From Amoebophrya sp. A120 (Eukaryota; Protista; Dinoflagellata), in contig CAJINV010000015.1 in NCBI GenBank assembly GCA_905178155.1, positions 205,074 to 269,073 on the forward strand: a stretch of DNA of 64,000 nt. Reading direction: 5' to 3'. Positions 57,728 through 64,000 of the stretch are shown one piece after another. The position numbers and the translations under genes were made by a program. The stretch's first letter is position 1; each line of letters starts with the position of its first letter. The notes beneath the pieces were generated by a model, which was given only the letters and a program-made list of their open reading frames with translations, did not search any database and had not been told where the DNA came from.

Positions 57728-59674
57728 CTAGTTCTCATCTTCAAATCTTTTCACCATCATCCTTCGAGGGTGTAGCCGTCCTGTTTTCAAAATCTCCATC
57801 AGAATCGCCGTCGTTTTCTGCGTTCGTTTCTTCGGTTTTGTCAATGCATCCATCGGGTTTTTGTCACCAGGGAGCCAGTACTTGCGTGCCTCCGTGATGT
57901 AGAGCTGTTCCTTGATTTTCTGAACCATCGGTAGGAATAACAGCTCGGAAATTGCTGGATTAACACTGCTGGTCGCCCGTAGCAGCGTGTTGCAATCGGA
58001 CAGAAAATGACAACAAATTTTTCCGACTAAATTCTTCATCTGGGACTTGATCGCGCCGAGAAGATCGAGCGAGTCACAAGCCGCAAAAGATTCACCAGTA
58101 AGCGAGTTCGTACATGCGCGCCGCTGAATTCGTGAAACGTGGTGGATCAGATGAAAAATTATCTTTTCTTCCTTCTCGATCGCAAAAGGATCGGAACCGC
58201 TGCAAGCCGGTGAAAGACCAATCATAAACGCCAAACGGGGTCGGACGTCGCCCGTTTTGCTTCCCAAACTCGCATCGACCACCACTATCACGTTGACAAT
58301 ATCGGAACTCCATGCGGGGAAGGGGTGATAAATCAGCGGCATCGGTCCGGAATGCTGAATATACCTCACCACCTTGTTGATCATTTTCACCGCCTTGACC
58401 TTCGTAACGCAGGTCGCAATCTCAATGGTCTCAAAGAGAATGTCGGGGCGGGTGAAAATTGCAATCCAGAGCAACTGACCCAAACTGGATCGGGCTGCGC
58501 TCTGTAATGCCCGCGGTAGCAAATCTTCTTCGTTCAGTTCCGTCGGTGTTGCCATTTCGGAAAAAATTTTGTGGTAGTGAGCTTGCGAAACGTAGAGCGT
58601 TTTCTGGATTCTCGACACTACTGCGCCAAGAAATTTGAAGGAATTCACTTTCGCCATTCCGCTCATGTTTTCTCTGTTGTTGCCCGGAATAGCGTCGAAA
58701 GTTCCGACCTGAAATTTGCCATCTAGCCCGTTCTTGATGCTGTTCAGAAAAATTTCTCGTCCTGTGAAGACCATGTCGTCGACGTGAAACGAAATCACCA
58801 CTCTCTTGCCGTTTTCGTCGGTGAGAGTTTTCCAAAACAAGCATGGGTCGACACTGTCCACGATCCATCCGTCATCGATTAGGGCATCTCTGAGCGTTTC
58901 GTACCATTTTCGTCCAGCTCTTTTCATGCCATAGAGGTGCTTATGGCGTGCCATTTTGGAAATTTCGTCTGGCTGGATAGGTGAGTCGCCCTTCGGTGGC
59001 TCGACATAGATATCGTTTTTGTCCTGCTTAGCTTCGGGAACTTGCGACTGCAGGTAGGCGGTCTTGATATCTATCGAGGCTAAAATCGTTCCCCAAATTT
59101 GCGAGATGGAGAAAATGATTTTTGTTGTCCACCGTTTTGCTGTTGGGCTTTCGCACTGGAGTTTTGAAAGTCCTTCCTCGGTGAATCCTTTCGCCACTAG
59201 CCTCGCCTTCAAAGTAATTTGCCCACCGATTACTTTTTCCGTGTAAACCCATCGGGATCGGACTACTATGTCTCCAGGCTTAATTTCTGATCGCGGGACG
59301 ATCGAGAAAACTCCATTGGCCATGATGGAAGTCAGTTCTGCAGTGGTGGCAGTGGCGTGCTGTGGATGTTTCTTCGCGTCGCTCGCTTTCATTTCCCGCC
59401 GAACCAAATACGCTTTTTCGAATTCTTTCGCAACTCTATCCGGGTCGGCTTCTTGATCAGGGTCATGCCCGAGCGCCTCGCGAACATCGAAAATTGCCAT
59501 CAACACCATTTCCGCCTCGTCCGCAGCTTCTTCGTCTACTTCCGTCGCGTCTTCGTCGTTGTTGTCCTGCTCTTGTTGTTGCTCTGGCTGGTTTTCGTCG
59601 TACCAGGTTCGCAATGCTTCCCGCATTCCGGCGGTGGTTGCCTTCGTTGGCAATTGATACTTTTGAAAAGCCAT
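57728..59674 (-). CDS. pol: Copia-type reverse transcriptase (RVT_2-like) and RNase H
   Basis: SRWVYTEK, LKARLVAKGF, IDIKTAYLQ, LYGMKRAGRKWY, FHVDDM; RNase H VDASLG, SDC, NPMDALTK. Confidence 0.93.
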   Translation of the reverse strand: MAFQKYQLPTKATTAGMREALRTWYDENQPEQQQEQDNNDEDATEVDEEAADEAEMVLMAIFDVREALGHDPDQEADPDRVAKEFEKAYLVRREMKASDAKKHPQHATATTAELTSIMANGVFSIVPRSEIKPGDIVVRSRWVYTEKVIGGQITLKARLVAKGFTEEGLSKLQCESPTAKRWTTKIIFSISQIWGTILASIDIKTAYLQSQVPEAKQDKNDIYVEPPKGDSPIQPDEISKMARHKHLYGMKRAGRKWYETLRDALIDDGWIVDSVDPCLFWKTLTDENGKRVVISFHVDDMVFTGREIFLNSIKNGLDGKFQVGTFDAIPGNNRENMSGMAKVNSFKFLGAVVSRIQKTLYVSQAHYHKIFSEMATPTELNEEDLLPRALQSAARSSLGQLLWIAIFTRPDILFETIEIATCVTKVKAVKMINKVVRYIQHSGPMPLIYHPFPAWSSDIVNVIVVVDASLGSKTGDVRPRLAFMIGLSPACSGSDPFAIEKEEKIIFHLIHHVSRIQRRACTNSLTGESFAACDSLDLLGAIKSQMKNLVGKICCHFLSDCNTLLRATSSVNPAISELLFLPMVQKIKEQLYITEARKYWLPGDKNPMDALTKPKKRTQKTTAILMEILKTGRLHPRRMMVKRFEDEN

Positions 59675-62600
59675 CGCAATTCGCGTACTGTTAATTCCGC
59701 GACTGCCGCCCGCGTTTGTTTTTCGGGCTCTACCTTTTTGTAGTTTTTGCCTGGTAAGCTTGCCAGCTTCGGGTCGTCATCGTCTAAAAATTCCGCAGCT
59801 TCGTCCGGGTCCTGAACCTGTTGCACTGGTGGCGCCGCTTGGTCGGGCTCTGGTAGCATACCTTGACGGAAATACACTACTACTGCCAATTCGTATTTTC
59901 GTCCGTCTGGTTCTTCGCTTTCAAAAACTGTCAGACTGTCTGCGATTCTGCACTTCGTGTACCCGAAAGCCACGACCGGAAAAATTTCTTCTCCCTCCGG
60001 TCGGTAGGTTTCGATGTCCGGAATTTTCTTTACGTTTTTCGCAACTACAATTCTTTCGACCGCTTGCTGTTGTTCTTCCGAAAGAAAATTTGTGTCCACT
60101 TCGATCGGCCGGTCGGTTTCTGGAAGTAGTCGCAAATTGTTCCGGAATCGGTGAAGGGCTCGACCAATGTCCGTCCGCTGGAAATCGATCGAGGACAGGT
60201 GTAGTGGCGTCACTACTTCTTCCTGCTCGTCGTTTTCTTCACCTTCTCCCTGCGCCTGGTTCTGCTGCTGCTGTTGTTGTGCCGCTGCTTCTGGGTCCCA
60301 GGGTTTCGGATACAGAATCTGTCGCACGTCAAGCGGGGCCGGGCGGATTCTTTTTCTGTGAACCGTATCGATTTTTCCGCCGCTGTATTTCACTGTGTCT
60401 AACTTATGCGATTCGCCGATCTGTCCCGGTTCGCCCGTGTCGATGATTTTTGCGCGGACCCATCGAACTTGACCAAAGTCGAACTTTTGGTCTTTTGCTG
60501 GTTGAACTTCAACCAGGTCACCGGGCGAGTAAACTGCGACATCTGTATTGCGCGTTTTCGAATTCAGAATCTGCATAAGTTGCTTGCTGCCGTGAACCTG
60601 TGCCGCCGCTTTTGCTGCTTGCTGCTGCAACGTGATCCGCTGGACTGCTAGTTTTCTCGGAATTTCGGTGGGATCACCGTACGCGCCCATTGTTGCGGAT
60701 GTAGCTTCCTCGGGATTGCCGACAAAATGCTGCGTCCCAAGTGCTGTCTGTTGTGCTGAAAAACCGTGCCCCCGCGGAACACTATTCTTCGCCTGTTGCA
60801 GCGCCAGCAAAATGTCTCGAATTCGCAGGCTGGACATCTGCGCAACTGGTATTTCGGCCTGGATCAACTCGAGCAAAATTTTTGAAAGCCCGATGTGACT
60901 CTCGACAAGCCCATGGGACTCCGGCTCGTAGTCCGGTGACTGCAGGGGAGTGCAAGGCATCGCCGCGCCCGCCAAGTACTCGGCTACAGTTTCGTTGACC
61001 AGTGGGGTGTCGTGGCCGGTTAGCAAGTAGAGCGGCAACCGCCCAAAAACTGCGGCCCACTCGTGTCCCATGTGTAGCGTGTCTTCGGCCTGGATGTCTC
61101 CGCCAGCCTCGTGCGCGAAGTACATGCAGAATTTGCTCAAGTAGTCAATCCAAATCAGAATAGCCCGCTTGCATCCTTTGACTGTGAAATAGAAAACGTC
61201 AGCCACCACTACTTGATTGACATTTCTAGGAATCAAGCCCGTTTTCGGATGCGGTAGTGACCGTTTTTGGTTGTTGCAAATTCCACAAGAATCAACAACA
61301 AGCTGCCAGCCCTCGCGGAAGTCTTTTCGTAGTTGTTCGTCGTCCTCCAGCAGTGGCCAAAAATGCGCCGTCGCCTCCTTCGTCTTGTAGTGCCAAGGTT
61401 GTTTGTGCGCTTTGGTCATCAATTCGCGGTCGTTACACAATTCGCGAATTTTGTCCGAAGTCGTAATGCCGGTGGTAGGAGCGATCGGACCAGGATTCTT
61501 TTCCACGTCTCCAGCCTTACAAAGTAGGTGGAGCTGCATGAGCAAAAGGTAGAAGAGAATCGTCGCCAGCTTGAACCTCCCGAAAAAGCTGACCGGGTCC
61601 CGTGCGTGTTCGCGCTTCTGCACGGTGCTGCTGTGCCCTTTTGGCTTTTCCTGCTGCAAGGTGCCAAAAGGCGTAGCGCCGTCGTGTTTCTCTCCTTCCC
61701 CCAGCGGTGTGGCGACTGCGAAAAAGTTGCATCTGTTTCCCGCGATGTCGTAGGCATAGTTGCATGCGAAATTCGTACTGTTAGTGCTGCTGCCGACCAT
61801 GTTTACCAACAGAAGTCCGCCGCGCTTCGTAAATCGCATTTCTTTTCCGGATGGAAAGATTGCTTTTTCTTGTTGTTGGTTGATCGTAGCAGCGCCGAGC
61901 GTGTTGTTGCCGATGAGGAATGGAACCTTTTTCATCTGCTTCAGCATGTCCCTGCGCTTCTGCTCCGGCATCGTCTTCGGTGGGGCGAAAATTTGGTAAG
62001 TCACGGCGCCGAAATCGCCAACGCGAATTTTGGCTCGGGATACAATCGGACAGCGGGCCCCGTTTCCAAAAGACATCGATCCGGATTGGCCTTCTTCCAA
62101 TTCCTCTTCATGCAAAATCCGCTCGGGATAGTCGTTTTTAAAATCTTCAAAACGAGAAATCGGCACACAACTGACACCGCAACCGGTATCAAGTGCAGCT
62201 TCAACCGGTTCGAGTCGTGCCAGTAGCGCGGGATGGTGCTGGACGACATAGTTGGGATTTTTCTTTTTGTACCAAGAAAAATTGTTGGTCTTCTTCTTTC
62301 CAAATTTTCCGCTTCCTTTCTTCTTTCCGTATCCACCGTTAGTGCCTGCGTTGTTGTAGCTGTAGTTGCTGCCCTTCTTGTTCCCGTCGTTTTTCTTCTG
62401 TGGGCAGTTGCGTTCCCAATGTCCTGTTTGTCCGCACCGTCTGCATTCGTTGTTTGCCAAAAACGCTGCGTCCTCCTCCTGCTCTTGTTCTTCTTGTTCT
62501 TCCTCTTCCGCGTGTTCTTCTTCTTCCCAAAATTCTTCTTCATCCTCGTAGTCGTACTGCTCGTCTTCGTCCCCATACCAGTCGGGATCTTCTTCTTCAA

Positions 62601-63327
62601 CATAGTACGCGCGCCGAGTTTTTCCTTTCTTCCCGCCTTTGCCGAAGCCCTTACCACGTGAATAGCCTGCCATAATCACATCTCCCTGCTCGTCATGCGT
62701 TTGCATTTTGCTGGAGTCGTCTGCCGCGACCCGTTTCAAAATTTCCTGCATGGCCTCGGGGCTGTGTTTGTTGTCTTTCCCGGCGTTCTTCAACTCGAAG
62801 TTTTGACGAACACCCTGGCGCTGGAGCTGTGTCAGCCCGCTATTGCAGTACAGTAGCAAAACCAGAATCGTTTTCGTCAAAGCCGCCGCAAAAGTCGCAT
62901 CCTTCTGTATTTGGTTTTCGCGGTCGTTGAATTCCGCGAGCCAGGTACCCATATCCATAGTTCCGGTGCGTTTGAAGGATAGCAAACCAACAAAACGCAT
63001 GGCAGCATCGACAGGATCACTATATTCGGTTTTATGATCCATCCACTGTAGAAGCCTTTCTACGGGTGTAAAGTGCTTGATTGCACTTTCGTGAACTGGG
63101 TCGGCGGTGTAGGTGAATCCGGGGTCTTTCGGCAGGGTGCGCCAGTCGTCCCGCATCTGCATCGCGATCTTGTACCATTTTGGCTGGTGCGGCTTGAAGC
63201 CTTGGCGGATGATGTTCGGGACTATTTGTTTTTCGTTGAGCTGCGTACCCTCGGCGAAAAGTAAAATCTCCTTGCGGTACTCGCGCCAGTGCTGGTCTTT
63301 CTCCCAGGCGTCGATCGCTTTGGCCAT
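59536..63327 (-). CDS. gag-pol: Copia Gag-protease-integrase polyprotein with a 2A-like motif; functional frame probably shifts at ~59665
   Basis: CCHC knuckle CRRCGQTGHWERNC (62404-62445); protease LDTGC (62182-62190); integrase HKQPWH...CGIC, VVADVFY, GHDTP, SHGLVESH. Confidence 0.9.
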   Translation of the reverse strand: MAKAIDAWEKDQHWREYRKEILLFAEGTQLNEKQIVPNIIRQGFKPHQPKWYKIAMQMRDDWRTLPKDPGFTYTADPVHESAIKHFTPVERLLQWMDHKTEYSDPVDAAMRFVGLLSFKRTGTMDMGTWLAEFNDRENQIQKDATFAAALTKTILVLLLYCNSGLTQLQRQGVRQNFELKNAGKDNKHSPEAMQEILKRVAADDSSKMQTHDEQGDVIMAGYSRGKGFGKGGKKGKTRRAYYVEEEDPDWYGDEDEQYDYEDEEEFWEEEEHAEEEEQEEQEQEEDAAFLANNECRRCGQTGHWERNCPQKKNDGNKKGSNYSYNNAGTNGGYGKKKGSGKFGKKKTNNFSWYKKKNPNYVVQHHPALLARLEPVEAALDTGCGVSCVPISRFEDFKNDYPERILHEEELEEGQSGSMSFGNGARCPIVSRAKIRVGDFGAVTYQIFAPPKTMPEQKRRDMLKQMKKVPFLIGNNTLGAATINQQQEKAIFPSGKEMRFTKRGGLLLVNMVGSSTNSTNFACNYAYDIAGNRCNFFAVATPLGEGEKHDGATPFGTLQQEKPKGHSSTVQKREHARDPVSFFGRFKLATILFYLLLMQLHLLCKAGDVEKNPGPIAPTTGITTSDKIRELCNDRELMTKAHKQPWHYKTKEATAHFWPLLEDDEQLRKDFREGWQLVVDSCGICNNQKRSLPHPKTGLIPRNVNQVVVADVFYFTVKGCKRAILIWIDYLSKFCMYFAHEAGGDIQAEDTLHMGHEWAAVFGRLPLYLLTGHDTPLVNETVAEYLAGAAMPCTPLQSPDYEPESHGLVESHIGLSKILLELIQAEIPVAQMSSLRIRDILLALQQAKNSVPRGHGFSAQQTALGTQHFVGNPEEATSATMGAYGDPTEIPRKLAVQRITLQQQAAKAAAQVHGSKQLMQILNSKTRNTDVAVYSPGDLVEVQPAKDQKFDFGQVRWVRAKIIDTGEPGQIGESHKLDTVKYSGGKIDTVHRKRIRPAPLDVRQILYPKPWDPEAAAQQQQQQNQAQGEGEENDEQEEVVTPLHLSSIDFQRTDIGRALHRFRNNLRLLPETDRPIEVDTNFLSEEQQQAVERIVVAKNVKKIPDIETYRPEGEEIFPVVAFGYTKCRIADSLTVFESEEPDGRKYELAVVVYFRQGMLPEPDQAAPPVQQVQDPDEAAEFLDDDDPKLASLPGKNYKKVEPEKQTRAAVAELTVRELRWLFKSINCQRRQPPPECGKHCEPGTTKTSQSNNKSRTTTTKTRRK
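61486..61512 (-). other. 2A/StopGo ribosome-skipping-like motif GDVEKNPG|P
   Basis: Exact match to D(V/I)ExNPGP, preceded by LLCKAG and a hydrophobic helix. Confidence 0.8.
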
Positions 63328-63670
63328 TTTGTTTGGTTGTGAAACTTGAAGACCGAAAAAGTAAGCGAGAAAAGAGCGACAAAAATATTTGTAAGCTGTA
63401 GCAGGAGAGAGAAATAAAATCTGTAACGCTGGATAGGTCGTTTTTCGTATGCAGAAGTCGTTTTTGTTATGCGGAAAAAAAATCTTACAGGATGCAGGTC
63501 GTTGTTGGAAGTGTTTGGAAGTTTTTGAAGTTGTAAAAATATGTAAGCGCTAGTCGATTTTTGCAAGAAATACTTTATGCAATGCCACGGCCGTAATAAG
63601 AATGTTAGTCGTAAGTACAAATGTTAAGGATCCTACGCAAAAGAAAAAGTTGGAAGATGGTTAGTCTACT

Positions 63671-63683
63671 CGCTCCGCTACCA
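63671..63683 (-). promoter_or_regulatory. Primer binding site, probably for initiator tRNA-Met
   Basis: TGGTAGCGGAGCG immediately 3' of the 5' LTR; TGG complements tRNA CCA; resembles the iMet-type PBS TGGTAGCAGAG. Confidence 0.8.
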
Positions 63684-64000
63684 TAGGAATACAGGCGTAA
63701 TAGTATACGAACAATCTTGATACGAATCAGGTACAGCCGCTATAGGCAAAGAAGTACTTTATGGTTGCTCAAATGACCGGCCACTGTGGTCATCGGTTTC
63801 TCATGGTGTTCGTGGTTCGTCGTAAAGCGTCTCCATTCCATTCACGGTCTAAATTCCAATCGTTCCAATTTCCAATCATCGTTTTTCCATCGTGATTTCA
63901 TCCTGATTCTATTTTGGTTTTCATATGGAATTTTGTACCGATGTGCCTGATGATCGTGTTGATTCGTTATACTATTTAGATCTCGAGTGGTAGATCGACA
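63684..64000 (-). repeat. 5' LTR (partial)
   Basis: Direct repeat of 56397-56713, abutting the PBS. Confidence 0.92.

Larger units (their letters stand above)
56397..64000 (-). mobile_element. Ty1/copia LTR retrotransposon (5' LTR truncated by the window edge)
   Basis: Paired LTRs, PBS, gag-PR-IN-RT-RNase H domain order. Confidence 0.95.

Overview
Eukaryotic DNA; the architecture suggests a syndinian dinoflagellate such as Amoebophrya (inference, not a database match). Bases 1-55943 are the interior of one giant minus-strand gene, open at both ends. It is interrupted by 89 complete and 1 incomplete MITE-like elements (mostly 150-330 bp; 8 families plus 3 singletons). Each element has terminal inverted repeats (usually TAT...ATA) and a 5-bp flanking direct repeat (DR). 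I followed the reading frame by hand across all 89 complete elements. Removing each element plus one DR copy, and one ordinary GT-AG intron (31842-32013), gives a single continuous frame of about 10,500 codons. That frame contains a SecA-like DEAD ATPase, a TPR-like repeat and Gly/Ala-rich hydrophobic segments. The elements lie in both orientations and share no GT-AG ends, so they must be removed precisely by a non-canonical route (RNA or DNA level). The last element carries a 135-bp hairpin array into which a young Ty1/copia LTR retrotransposon (56397 to beyond 64000, minus strand) has inserted. Its polyprotein has a 2A/StopGo-like motif (GDVEKNPGP) between protease and integrase, and a -1 frameshift before RT. 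Most short ORFs in the supplied track are artefacts of the repeats.
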